From Octopus sinensis (Eukaryota), in the NCBI RefSeq assembly GCF_006345805.1, contig NC_043001.1, positions 79,360,001 through 79,424,000 of the forward strand: DNA of 64,000 nucleotides, given 5' to 3'. A program made the position numbers and the translations under genes. Positions 51,465 to 64,000 of this stretch are shown here, in pieces. Positions within the stretch are counted from its first letter, which is position 1, and the number at the start of each line of letters is the position of its first letter. Under the pieces are notes generated by a model. That model had not been told where the DNA came from. It made no database searches and worked only from the letters and a program-made list of their open reading frames with translations.

Positions 51465-52700
51465 GGGAGGTGGATGTTGTTGCTGTTGTTATTGTTTTTG
51501 TTGATGTTGTTGTTGATTTTGTGATGGTAATAGACGGTGTTGTAGAGCTGTAGTAGTGGATGTGGGGGGCGATGGTAATGATGGTAGTGGTGATGGTGGT
51601 GGTGAGGGTGGCGGCTGGTGGTGGTGATGGTAGTGGTTATGGTAGTGGTGCTGGTGGTGGTGGTGATGGTAGTGGTTATGGTGGCGGTGGTGATGGTAGT
51701 GGTTATGGTTGTGGTGGTGGTGGTGGTGGTGGTGGTGGTGTAAATGGAGGCAATGCTAACAACAGAGAAAGTTTTGTGTTGTGGTAGTGAGGTTGGTGGA
51801 AGTGGCGGTGGTGAGAGTGATGGAAGAGGCGGTGGTGTTGGTTCCGACGGGCTATGGTGGTTGCCGCGATGGTAGTGATCGTAACGGTGGTTGTACTGAT
51901 AGTGTTGGAAGTGATAGTGATGGAAGATGTGGTTGAGGTGGTGGCAGTCATGGTAGAGATGGTAGCGGTGATGGTGGTAGTGTAGGATATAGTTGTGGTG
52001 GTCGACGTGATGGTAGTAGTAGATGTGAAGTAGGTGGAGGTGCTAGCTGCTATAATTGGGTAGGGGTAATTTGGAGGTAATCGATTACATGCGCTTGGCG
52101 GCGACGACCGTGATGGTAGTGGTGGTCGTGCTGGGAGAGACGATGATGGTTAAAGCTGTTTGTAGTAGCAGTGGGAAAGGTGGTATTGCAGTAGTGGTGA
52201 TGGCAGATGTTAATGGTGGAGGTGGGTGTGGTAATATTACAGAAGTAGTAGTAGCAGTAGTAGTAGTAGTAGCAGTAGCAGCATTGGTACTGAAGATGAT
52301 TGTGGTGATGGTGGTAGTAGCGATAGTGGTGATGGTAGTAGTAGCGATAGTGGTGATGGTGGTAGTGTAGTGATGATGGTGCTGGTGATGGTGCTAGTGG
52401 TGGTGGTGTTGCTAGTAGGGATGGTGGTGGTGGTGATGGTAATGGTGATGATGGTGGTGATGGTAGTGGTGATAGTGGTAGTGGTGGTAGTGCTGGGGGT
52501 GATTGTGGTGATGATGGTGGTAGTGATGGTGGTGGTAATGTAGTGGCTCTGTGGTCGGGGTGATTGCGTAGTATCTGACGGTGTGCCGCTGGTGGTTTCG
52601 CATAGTGGGCGGTTAGGTGGTAGTAATGCGTTGTTGATGGCGGAGGAGGTGGCTACAGGGTAGGGAGAGTGACACAGTGATATAGATTTGGGTGGCATTT
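51465..52700. repeat. (GGT/GAT/GTA)n low-complexity tract
   Basis: Direct reading; ORFs are poly-G/V/T/H artefacts. Confidence 0.93.
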
Positions 52701-53221
52701 TAATTAGGGAGAAATAGGATAGGGTGGAGGCTGGGAGAAGTTGCAGAATAGAAAAGATATTTCTGTCTAAACTGAATCCCTGTTAATGGCTTAAACGTTT
52801 TAAAATTCGTCATGGTCGTAGTATGTGGATGGTAGGAGGTGTTCCGATAGAACGGGGTGAGGTGCGGGAAGAGATTAGCATAAAATTAAAAGCAACATAA
52901 AAATAATGAGATACACATCAACGCACACGCATGCACACATATGCCGTCGCATAATCATACACATGCATGCTAAAATGCATGCATGAGTATGTGCATGTGC
53001 GTGTGTACGAGTGTGTGTGTATGTGTGCGTGTTTGTGTATGTGTGTGTGTGTGTGTTTATGTGTATTATGCGATTATAGACTGTGCAATTCCAGAAAAAT
53101 GACTGCAACACATTTGGAATGCTGTGTATGTAACGTGTTTAAGCGACAGTGTTGCTTATCAGGAATATACTATAGTTCATTTCATGTAAGTAAACCAGTA
53201 TTAGTTCGACTGTTTATGTGA

Positions 53222-53261
<40 letters not shown>

Positions 53262-53534
53262 ACAGAATGGGATAAAAAAAACCAAAACGGTAAATAGATT
53301 TCATAACATTATTCAAGAAATGGTATATATATATTACAGAGATGTAATTGCATAACAAGTGACCTGATCTGAGATCGTGTGCTGGAACGAAAACAATTGC
53401 AGCGTGGAAGGTGTTTATAAGCCATTTAAGAAACACACAAATTCCGTCAGATTCAGTTCAACATTTAAATTTAATTTGTCAAAATATTTCCGTCGGTTTG
53501 AGACTGCGACCTCTTCACTGACAAAATTCCGTGC

Positions 53535-53569
<35 letters not shown>

Positions 53570-53614
53570 CTTCGTTTCATGTTCTTGTTTGATGGCTTTG
53601 CACTCATCGCAGGT

Positions 53615-54330
53615 TTATGGTCACGGAGATGTCATTGCGCGTAGAGCTGGCCAGATACACTAGTGCTCTCCATCACTAGCGGTCCTGCACCGGCCCTTCT
53701 GCATCGCCCAAGATGGCGTCGAGCCTCTGGAGATCTTCTTTAATCACGTCCAGCCATCTTGTGTGGTTCCTACCACGGGTTCTCCACCAGTACGCAGCTG
53801 CTGCGTCGAATGACAGTAAAACCTGGGTAGGCTGATGTAGCGGGAGGTGAAGGACATGTCCGTACCAGGGCATGCGGTAGATAGTTATGAGGCGGGAAGC
53901 TACGAGCTGATGGGTGCGCGTACACAGTTGTTCGTTGGAAACGTGCTGGCGTCATTTGATATTCTCGATGGTTTTAAAGGTTCTGCTATCGAAGCCGTTG
54001 ATTCTCTTTGCCGGGGTATTTGGAAGGGACCACGTTCCTGCTTCATAGCGATGGACTCAGAGTAAAGATGCGTTGCAGATGCAGAGATTTGTCTTCTGGG
54101 AGATAGACCAGTGACGCTAAAGGAGCTTCTATAGGGACAACAGCAATACAGACCATATCTGTCTTTGGTCTCCAGGGTCAGGTGTCCGTTATTGGTGACT
54201 CTGGGGCCCAAGAAGATGAAGGAGCTAACAAATTCCTCGACGGCGAAGCTAATGTACAGAGCAGGAGAGACTGGGCCATCACCAACATTTATCAGTTTGG
54301 TCTTCGTGATCCCCAAGCTTGCTGATTCCT
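53615..54330 (-). mobile_element. 3' portion of a decayed RTE-like LINE
   Basis: VEEFVSSFIFLGPRVTNNG; WYGHVLHLP...WWRTRGRNHTRWLDVIKEDL...DR. Confidence 0.8.
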
Positions 54331-54371
54331 CTCGGACTTACTCGACCCTACTCACAGTATGTAAATATACT

Positions 54372-54909
54372 GCTCCCTTGCCCACAGTATATTTCAGACA
54401 CAGTTTGTGTGTCGATAACCAGCTGGAAAATATGTTTTCCTGGGGTTAAAAGGTAGTAACATGGTCCTACACACAATTGCCACTTTACGATGGCAAATAG
54501 ATTTTACTATGCAGTGCAGTTACTAATTGTATCTCATTAAGAGATTTAAAATCAACTGCTTTACTCATTACGAGACCAGTGACTGTCTGTCACTTCTATA
54601 TTTATATACTGTAAGCTGCTATATCTGGCCGGCGTTTGTCCAGCACTAAGGACGGGAAATTACCCAGAAACCATTGGTCTGTTAGTACTGCTAGTGGCTA
54701 GTAGGGATTAGTACGCTCCCTTCTATATAGTATATTTGAAACAGATTGTGAGTCGATAACCAGCAGGAAAACATGTTTTCCTTGGATTAAAAATTAGTAA
54801 CATGGCCCTACACAGAACTGCCAACTTACTTTGGCAAATAGATTTTATTATGCAGTATAGTAATTATTTACTTCTCATTCAGAGATTTAAAACTAGCTGT
54901 TTTACTCAT
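54372..54909. repeat. Diverged direct repeat, two ~195-bp copies (54372-54568, 54715-54909)
   Basis: GTCGATAACCAGC.GGAAAA.ATGTTTTCCT...AGTAACATGG.CCTACACA...TGGCAAATAGATTTTA.TATGCAGT in both copies. Confidence 0.85.
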
Positions 54910-55312
54910 ATAGATACTCATATATATACCAACGCACCCAGTAGCCCTGATGGTAAATAATTATTTGCTCTTAACATATTGAGCTTCTAGACAACTTGTC
55001 TGAGCCATGTTTTGTTTCTTTTTCCTTCTTCCTTTTGTTTATATTATATACTCTTGGTTTACACACTGATGAAGATCCGTTGCCTTAATTCGAATACCCT
55101 ACGAAGATGAATAATTTTATTCCCGCATTTACGTATAGACAGCATTTTGGGAATCTTATCAGTAAGAGCCGTAAGATATGTTACGTCACCTATTTTGTTA
55201 AGTTCTGCTTTGTATTAGAAAATAAAAATAAGCTACAAATGTGGTCCAACCGATGTGTTGGTTAATCTGTGGTTTGCTCCATTTTTTAATTGTTTGCGTT
55301 ATATATATTATA

Positions 55313-55352
<40 letters not shown>

Positions 55353-55438
55353 CCGCAATCGAATGACGGAAACAAATATAAAGAATAAAATACTATATAC
55401 ATATATACAAATACACATGCATATACACATACATATTA

Positions 55439-55476
<38 letters not shown>

Positions 55477-55509
55477 TGTGTGTATGTATGTATGTATGCA
55501 TGCATGTAG

Positions 55510-55885
55510 GAAGGTATGCAGATGTATGTAGAATGAATGATAGCAGGATCCCTAAAGATATACTATATGGGGAACTTGTTAGTGAAAAGAGACCCCGGGA
55601 GAAACCAAGTTTGTGATTTAAGGATAGTGTCAAGTCCTCATTAAAGGCCTGTGACATGCAGGAGACCGACTGCGAGAGCAATGCTTGTCATCGCCACAGA
55701 TGGCAGAAGTAGGTTAAGGAAGGGTTGGACAACTTTGAGAGAGCATGTATTGTGCATGAAGAATGTAATCGTGCAGTTCAAAAGCGCACTGCTAGTGTAG
55801 TGAATAGGAAAATCTTGGCATGCAATATTTGCGGTCGTGTATGCTTGTCAAGAGCAGGGCTTATTAACCATCAGCGGAGCAGCAA
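55510..55885 (+). mobile_element. 3' end of a decayed RTE (BovB-like) LINE with C-terminal C2H2-like motif
   Basis: RMNDSRIPKDILYGELVSEKRPR..FKDSVKSSLKAC; CNICGRVCLSRAGLINHQRS. Confidence 0.8.
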
Positions 55886-57244
55886 ACGCAAAGTATATGT
55901 TCGTCCTAGAGCGCCTAATGTTCCTAAAATCAGCAATGGTCTTACCGGGTCACGAGTGGTTGGCGATCATGTACATATACATATACAAACCAGATTGTTC
56001 GTAGCAGACAAGCATCCTCCATGTTCTATGTAGCCTACGTGGCTGCTCGAGTGCATGAAAACAAAGAATTTATTCTCAGACTGTAGATCTATTTTGAAAG
56101 GTGGCATCAAAGTGAACTTTTCTATAAGCACCTAAATGCACGGTGGTCATATTATAGGAACACCTAGCGTGAGATGCATTTCGTCCTTGTAGTGTGAAAT
56201 GAATTTTTTATCCTAGAATGGGGAGATATTACAAAAGAGTCGGTCGAATATCTGTGAATTATGTCAAGGAAATGATTATGACACAATACCGAGAATTGAC
56301 TCATAAAAAAATAATGGTCTGATTCTTGCAAGCACTAGAATCCTCAGAATGGTTGTGAATCGAGCGTAGAATCGGAGCCTTAGATATATATATGATATAG
56401 TATTAATTTGGTTTAGCGCATAGGGACAGTTATTGAGTGTCAATAGTTTCGGTTTGTTACCTACACAAATCACAATTTCAATATATTTTTACGGTCAATG
56501 CCCACCCCACTTTGTTTTTGCAGTCATATGGATGTAGGATCTAGGGACTGTGCACTGTATTCAGCGGGAAAAAAATCATACTGGATTACGAAATTATTCG
56601 AGAGGAAACTGACATAGTCGGTGATAAATAATGGAGACGGATGGACCAAAAGAATATTTAAGATAAAATATATATGTATGAATATTTTAGGTAAGAATCT
56701 AGTAAGGATTTGTGAAGGAGGTTCGCAGACAAGCTGTCATGCAATCAGATAGTAATATGAAAGGGAATTTGATGAAATACGAATGAGGTTACATGGATAT
56801 ACTCGTAAGAACGATCCTAAACTGCTCGTAGGTTTTTTTGGTTTTGGTTTGTTTGTTTTCGCCTCCATTGATTGCGGAGATTTCTATCTCTGATATTATA
56901 TTATACAATCAAGTTACGAAAAAAAAGTGGTACCACACCCACTTTACGGTTGTATGGTTATAATTAGGAGAATGTGCAGTATCCATCCATCTGCGAAAGA
57001 AAAAGCGATCAGGTGAAGCAATAAATCATGTGACTCAATAATTCATATGGAAATAACCAAATTTGAAGAAAAATATCCAAGGTTTGTTAGTAAATTGGGA
57101 GAAAAAAGAAATACACAGACTTGTAACGCGTGCATAATCTCAAAGAGATATTTAAAGAGGTTTGCAGGGTCTCACACGTTGGTATAGAAGCCAACATAGG
57201 ACGCACTTGATTGTACGCACACGTGTGCGCGCAAAACCCACCCA

Positions 57245-57248
57245 TTAT

Positions 57249-57282
<34 letters not shown>

Positions 57283-57387
57283 GTATATATGTATATTTAT
57301 ATATATATATATATATATGTGTAAGTATATATGTATATATATATGAAATTATATCTGTATATATATATATATATATATATGTAAGTA

Positions 57388-57420
<33 letters not shown>

Positions 57421-57469
57421 GTAAGTATATATATATATATATATAGGTATATATGCATGTATATGTATA

Positions 57470-57513
<44 letters not shown>

Positions 57514-57835
57514 TATATACACTTGTATATGCGTGGGCTTTTATGCATACGAGTGCAAGCACGTTATTCTCTATAAATGTATGTATTACAATGATTACGA
57601 TTTTTGTATGTGTGTTGTATGTGTATACGTATGAATGTATGTAATTGTGTATATATATATATATATATACATGCATAAATGTTTAAATGTGTATATATAT
57701 GTATAAATACATATACGTACGTATATATACACATTACACATACACACGCACACGAGCGAACACACCCGCATATATATATATATATATATATGCATATATA
57801 CATTTGTATATATATACATATATATGTATATATTC

Positions 57836-57867
<32 letters not shown>

Positions 57868-57972
57868 CGTATATATATAATATATATATATATATATTCG
57901 TATATATATATTCGTATATATATATATATATATTCGTATATATATATATATATATATATTCGTATATATATA

Positions 57973-58008
<36 letters not shown>

Positions 58009-58310
58009 TATGTATATGTATATGTATATATAATATATATAAATATGTATACATAAATATGTTTATATATATATGCATGTGTTTATATATATATGTATAT
58101 ATATATATATATATATTTATATTATGTATATATACATAAATATTTATATATATATATTACTCTTTTACTCTTTTATATGTATATATAATTATATATTTAT
58201 ATTATATATAATATATATATATATTATTATATATATATATATACATATATATTATATATATACATATATATATATATATGAATATATACATGTATATATA
58301 TATATATAAG

Positions 58311-58341
<31 letters not shown>

Positions 58342-58440
58342 ATATGAATACATACATGTAAAAATACACCCATATATATATATATAGATATATATATAAT
58401 ATATATTATATATGTGTGTGTGTGTGTGTGTGTATAAATA
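57245..58440. repeat. (TA)n-rich microsatellite block
   Basis: Direct reading. Confidence 0.96.
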
Positions 58441-58954
58441 AAAATATATTTTTTCACAGCGTTTGCATGCTCTATCATCTATATGTTACATTGAATATTT
58501 GAATAGTTTACACTGTCTTTTTGGTTTGCACAAAAGATGAACGTTCCAATCCAGTTATGTCTTATTGTTCCATATTTTATTCTAAGCTAGCAGTTTTATA
58601 ATTTGTCACCAAAGTCTCCGAATGTATTTTCCTAGATCTTTGTAGTGTATCTGTTTCTCTGAGCAATCTATTCACATAGTGTGACTAAAAATATGAAACG
58701 CTATTTAAACGTTACGGTATAAACTAAACTCATTGTTGGAAATTTAAATATTTTTTCTATGTGGGAAGATAACGGAACGATTAGGCCGACATTTTAATTC
58801 TAGTTATTATTTACTTTTTGTCCTATAGTCGTGAAAAATATTGATTTTAATTGTAAAGTATGGAATCGAGTTTCAAATCTAGTCAGAATTCTGTAATCTA
58901 TACTGCTTCTTTTCTCATTAAATTTAGATGTTTTAGATGCTCATTATATATGTA

Positions 58955-58969
58955 AGTGTATATATATAT

Positions 58970-59022
<53 letters not shown>

Positions 59023-59023
59023 C

Positions 59024-59061
<38 letters not shown>

Positions 59062-59070
59062 TATTATATA

Positions 59071-59118
<48 letters not shown>

Positions 59119-59167
59119 CTATATATATATATATTATATATATAATACATATATATATATATATATA

Positions 59168-59232
<65 letters not shown>

Positions 59233-59247
59233 ATATCTATATTATAC

Positions 59248-59299
<52 letters not shown>

Positions 59300-59300
59300 C
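58955..59300. repeat. (TA)n microsatellite block
   Basis: Direct reading. Confidence 0.97.
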
Positions 59301-59589
59301 ATGCGTGATTGTGTGTGTACATATGTATTATGTTTGTGTATGTTCGCATGACATCATATCCAAAATAGTGACGGATTACCAGTGTTTTAAGTGGAACACC
59401 TGATAAATGCAATGGTCGCATTTTATACACACAAATGAAGAAAGTATGTATCCACTGAATGGGTTACTCATCCAGCTATTTTCCTCTGCCATGCACATAC
59501 ACACATACACACGCACGTAGACATACACACATAAACACACACACACACAAGCAAATATGTGCGTGTGGGTGTATATAGACACACATGTG

Positions 59590-59790
59590 TAAAATTCGGC
59601 AATAAGTCAGGAATTTCGAGGGAGAGCTTAAGTGGATTACGTCGACCCCAATTCTCAACTGGTACCTATTGCATCGATATCGATAGTTAAGTTTGGCCGT
59701 TGACGAATTTGAACTCGAATCCTAAATGCGGATGAAATGCCGTTAAGCATTTTGCGTAAAGTGCTAACGGTTTTCTCAGGTCACCGCCTT
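59590..59790 (-). mobile_element. SINE family B
   Basis: CTCAACTGGTACC...GAATTTGAACTCG...TAAGCATTTTGCG...CACCGCCTT. Confidence 0.7.
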
Positions 59791-59800
59791 GATATATATA

Positions 59801-60155
59801 TACAGGGGTTGGACAAAATAATAGCAACACCTAGCATCATAGCATCATCATTTTGAAATGTCTATAAAACCGTTTTTTGATTTATTATTAGTGTTGCTTA
59901 ATGTGTTTCTAAAATTGCTGTTTCTTTTCAGATATCATCAGAAAAAGTAATTAAAATAAAAAAAAAAAAACACGGATCTCTCAGACTTTCAAAGAGGTCA
60001 AATTTTTGGTGCTTTTTTAAGGCAGGCGCTAGCGTAAAGAAAACAGCCGAAAAGTTCGGTGTATCAAGAAATACTGTCTCGAAAGTAATGTCAACACTTG
60101 AGAAAGAGAGAAAAGCCTCCTCGACGAATCAAAACTCCGCGAAAAAACCAAAGTT
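59801..60155 (+). mobile_element. 5' end of a Tc1-like DNA transposon (TIR plus transposase HTH fragment), truncated at a SINE
   Basis: TA-CAGGGGTTGGACAAAATAAT; DLSDFQRGQIFGA..AGASVKKTAEKFGVSRNTVSKVM. Confidence 0.8.
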
Positions 60156-60335
60156 TGTCCTCTCTGTGTTTAGCCCCTTGTGGGTAGCGAAGAAATAGGT
60201 ATTTCGTCTGTCTTTACTTTCTGAGTTCAAATTCCACCGATGCCGATTTTGCCTTTAATCCTTTCGGGGTCCATAAATTAAGTACCTGTTACGCACCGGG
60301 GTCGATGTAATCGACTTAATCCCTTTGTAATCGAC
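60156..60335 (+). mobile_element. SINE family B (alternative tail)
   Basis: TTTAGCCCCTTGTGGGTAG...TTCTGAGTTCAAATTCC...GTCGATGTAATCGACTTAATCC. Confidence 0.75.
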
Positions 60336-60777
60336 TTAATCCCTGCTAGTTCCCCCACTGATCCCTGTAACAACAAACACTACAGAAAAGGAGTGAAAAT
60401 GTGTAAGTCGAACACTATTAAATAAGTGCCCGACTATGTGAGTGAACTTACAGCGAGTAACCAAAATCCGTTAAGTACCCACGACAGGCTACACCAGATT
60501 AGTGTGTCAAATGCCTTTATGAAGTTAATGATGACCACATACAGGCCATTTTCTGTTCCACACCTTCCTTCTGTATTTCAAAGAGAGTCAATATCCCAAA
60601 TACATTGTGCTTCTTGGTTGTAACTAGGTCGAGTATCATGCAAAACTGCAGCGATTTTGATACTCATTCTCTTGACCAACACTCTAGCGCGGTTATTTTC
60701 CATTGTAGTCTGAAATCCTCTTTAATTTATACGTTTTCTCATCTCATTTCTTGAATTTCAAGACAAAGGGAATCATA

Positions 60778-61142
60778 TTACGACGACGAGGGTTCCAGTT
60801 GATCCGATCAACGGGACAGCCTGCTCGTAAAATTAACGTGCAAATGGCCGAGCACGCCACAGACACGTGTACTCATAACGTAGTTCCCGGGGAGATTCAG
60901 CGTGACACAGAGTGTGACAAGGCTGGGCCCTTTGAAATATATGTACAACAGAAACTGGAAGAAAGAGTGAGAGAAATTTGTTGTGAAAGAGTACAGAAGG
61001 GTTCGCTACCAACAACTGCCGGGGCCTCGTGGAACGTTAGGTGCTTTTACTCAATAAACACAACGCCCAGTCTGGGAATCAAATCCGCGACTCTACAACC
61101 GTAAGTCCGCAGCGCTAACCACTGGGCCATTGCACCTCCACG
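60778..61142 (-). mobile_element. tRNA-headed SINE (family E), near full length
   Basis: Minus GTGGAGGTGCAATGGCCCAGTGGTTAG (A-box)...GATTTGATTCCC (B-box-like)...CAGCCTTGTCACACTCTGTGTCACG...GGAACCCTCGTCGTC. Confidence 0.75.
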
Positions 61143-61489
61143 TGACAAACAATATTGAGTAAAGCATAGGGGCAACTTAAGGAACTACATATGGTGCAAA
61201 AGGAAGCTACGAAGCCACGTGAGGTAGTGGACAAATTGAGGAATGATGACTGGAGGAAGACTAAATTGCGGTAAACTATTAGACCGCGTCTGGTGCAGGG
61301 GGAGTCGCAAGACTATCTATGATAGAAGTCGAATTTTTGAAGTATTACTGTATTTGTGTGCTGACTGTATTTGCAATGCATTTCGGAAAATTACGAAAAC
61401 ATAGATAAAATATAAAACAGAGGGATACAGAAATATAGGAATTACAAAGAGAAGATTTTGCTTGATAATTCATAGACTGTTAAAATATT

Positions 61490-61702
61490 TTCAAAATTTG
61501 GCACGAGGCCAGCAATTCCGTGGGTGAGTTTAAATCGATTGCATCGACCCCAGTGCTCAACTGGTACTTACTTTATAAACCTCGTAAGAATAAAGGGCAA
61601 AGTCGACTTCGGCGGTATTTGAAACCAGAAAGTAAAGAGGAACGAAATGGCGCTAAGCATTTTCCCCGGTATGCTAAAGATTCTGCCAGCTCCCCTCCCT
61701 TG
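61490..61702 (-). mobile_element. SINE family B
   Basis: TTTGGCACGAGGCCAGCAATT...GGCAAAGTCGACTTCGGCGG...CTGCCAGCTC. Confidence 0.8.
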
Positions 61703-62119
61703 AGACAGTTAAAAAATTATCTGTCGTCGTTAAATTACCAAATACAGGCCACCTAAATTAACATTAATATCCTTACGCTTTAAACAATTCTTTTTACACG
61801 ATGTAAAATATTTTGGAGTAGTATATTTGGCCAAGTTTTTCCTGAACATTGTTGCTGTTTCTGGTACGTTGAGGATCCAGGTAGAAATTTTAATTATTTT
61901 GTAATTAATATTTTCACACAGAATACTGTAATTAATTTCACTCTGGCGCATTATATTTACGGAATTGAAACCAACCGTATTTCACGTCATTGAAGCGTTC
62001 TTAAATAATTTATTAAGTACACAGGATTCTAATGAAGAATACACACCTGCTGACTGAAATATGGTTTTTGAGAATTATTTGTCCTCTTGTTTTCACTCAT
62101 TTGTATTTTTTATCTGTTT

Positions 62120-62320
62120 CGAACACTAGAATACGGCCATGCTGTGGCAACATGCCTGTTTCAGTGATTACATTATAACCCCAGCAGTTACTTATTCTTT
62201 AAGACTGGTACTTATTATATCGGTCTCTTTTACGGTGAAGTAAACAAACCAACACCGGTTGTCAAGCAGTGAAGAGTGACAAACACAAACACATTCAAGA
62301 ACGCACACACACACATACAC
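62120..62320 (-). mobile_element. SINE family A tail fragment
   Basis: GGCCATGCTGTGGCA...ATCGGTCTCTTTT...CGGTTGTCAAGC. Confidence 0.6.
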
Positions 62321-62704
62321 ACACATGCACATATGGTTTTATCTGTGAGCTATGATGGTTGTTGCAAAATTACAACTAGATTTCCTTGTCTAAATACCTT
62401 TACACAATCTACGAACAACTTCGAAATGTCTAATTTTCAGGCAATTGACATTCCCGAAAATGTATTAGATTCTACTGATCTTGTTAAACAGCTATTTCGT
62501 CGTGACACAAATTACAAATTCGAAACGACTATCCTGGGTTCGCCGATGAAGTGATCCCTGTTGGTTCCAAATGGATAAAGTATTACATACCAGAAGGAAA
62601 AAAGGCTGTTACTTTATTCATATGCATCAAACAGCATCTAATGATCATATTAAAGAAAAGCACAAAGAAACTTCCTGCAGTTGTCAATAAAAGGTTTAAT
62701 ACTT

Positions 62705-62882
62705 ACGGAAAAATTCGTCTGTCTTTACGTTTTCGTTCTGAGTTCAAATTCCTCCGAGGTCTTCTTTACCTTTCATCCTTTCGGAATCGATAAATTAAGT
62801 ACCAGTTGTGTACTAGAATTGATCCAATCGACTGGCCCCTCCCCCAAAATTTCGGACCATGTGCCTACAGTAGAAAAGAATA
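62705..62882 (+). mobile_element. SINE family B
   Basis: TTCTGAGTTCAAATTCCTCCGAGG...GTACCAGTTG...CCCCAAAATTTCGG. Confidence 0.8.
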
Positions 62883-63053
62883 CTTACGGAAAAAATTCTT
62901 TAAAATTTTTAGAACTCATAAACAATTAGAATATCTAAAACGTTCTCTCAGATTTGAAGAATCTATTTTCCGATGAAATAAAGGTGTTGAAAGGATTCAA
63001 TTTCCATACGCTAGTGAAAGTGAAGTAAACATTTTGAAAGGCAGGTAGATAAG

Positions 63054-63667
63054 CTGTCTAAAATATTTTTAAATGTTGACATAAAGGCATTTCGTGTGGA
63101 TAGGTGAGTTTATAACATCGACCCCATTGCTCAGCTGATTTTTATTTCATCGACCCCGAAAAGATGAAAGGTAAAGTCGACTTCAGCGGCTTGTGAACTC
63201 AGAGCGTAAGAACAGACGAAATGCTAATAATTTTCTTTGGCGTGCTAACGACTCTGCCGGCTCACCGCCATAAAACCTGTCTAAAATATTCGTTTCAAAG
63301 TTTGACGCAAAGGAAGCAATTTCATGGGAAGGGGTAAGACGATTATATTAACCCCAGTGCTTAACTGGTATTTAATTCATTGACCCCGAAAGGATAAAAA
63401 GCAAAGTCAACCACGGCGGTATTTGAACTCAGAACGTAAGGGCGGACGAAACGCCGCTAAACGTTTTGCCCAGAGTACTAACGATTCTGCCAGCTCACCG
63501 CCTTAAAACCTGTCTAAAATATTAATTTCATATTTTGGCACAAAGGTAACAGTTTCAGAGGAAAGAGCACATTGGCCTTAGTTCCTAACTGGTACTTATT
63601 TTATCGACCCCGAAAGACTGACATGCGAAATCCACCTTGGCGGAATTTGAAACCGGTCTAAAATATT
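63054..63667 (-). mobile_element. Three family B SINE units separated by a repeated 14-bp motif
   Basis: C(T/G)GTCTAAAATATT at 63054, 63277, 63510, 63654. Confidence 0.8.
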
Positions 63668-64000
63668 GCATTTGAGCAATATTTCAAAAATGAGTTGGGT
63701 AAAACTTGTAGTTTCGATTCCAAGAGCACACGTTGCGCGATCGTCTACAACAAAATAATTTCTATCATGTTACTCTGCTGCAGTTAGCTGTTAATGAGAA
63801 ACCTTGCGAGGGACTGACTTCCAGTTCAGGAGCAGTATTGTGATTTTGATCACTTATATACCATTGAAATCAAATAACAAGCCTTATGAAACTTAGAATT
63901 CGAGGTGTTATTGACGATTTTCAGCCATTTTAGACAATCACATTTCCCGTATGTCAACATCATTGAATGTTGTAAAAGCAAATGATACGAGACATTTTTT

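Noticed and set aside
55065-55168. CUGAUGAAGAUCC with a downstream inverted partial copy
   Set aside because: No GAAA box or cleavage triplet found; at most a PLE-end relic.
62551-62630. Mariner-like VGSKWIKYYIPEGKK
   Set aside because: Catalytic D absent and no flanking transposase similarity; too weak.

Overview
AT-rich, repeat-dominated eukaryotic genomic DNA with no convincing intact protein-coding gene. The SINE families and huge (TA)n/(TG)n/(TCTA)n tracts suggest an octopus or other coleoid cephalopod; this is an inference from repeat resemblance and is untested. Almost all listed ORFs are microsatellite or low-complexity artefacts. Recognisable content: about 30 tRNA-derived SINE copies or fragments, decayed non-LTR retrotransposons (RTE-like, R4/Dong-like, CR1/L2-like), Tc1/mariner fragments, and a possible GPCR pseudogene fragment. 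The main unexplained signal is a dispersed set of type I hammerhead ribozyme (HHR) motifs: stem I-CUGANGA-stem II-GAAA-palindromic stem III-GUH-stem I'. Eight have near-intact cores and several more are decayed. They occur as a ~472-nt tandem array (6.4-7.9 kb), as foldbacks carrying sense and antisense copies, and as the 3' tail of a tRNA-headed SINE. This fits Penelope-like-element (PLE) pseudo-LTRs or retrozyme-like RNAs. All folds were paired by eye, repeat boundaries are approximate, and no database search was run.
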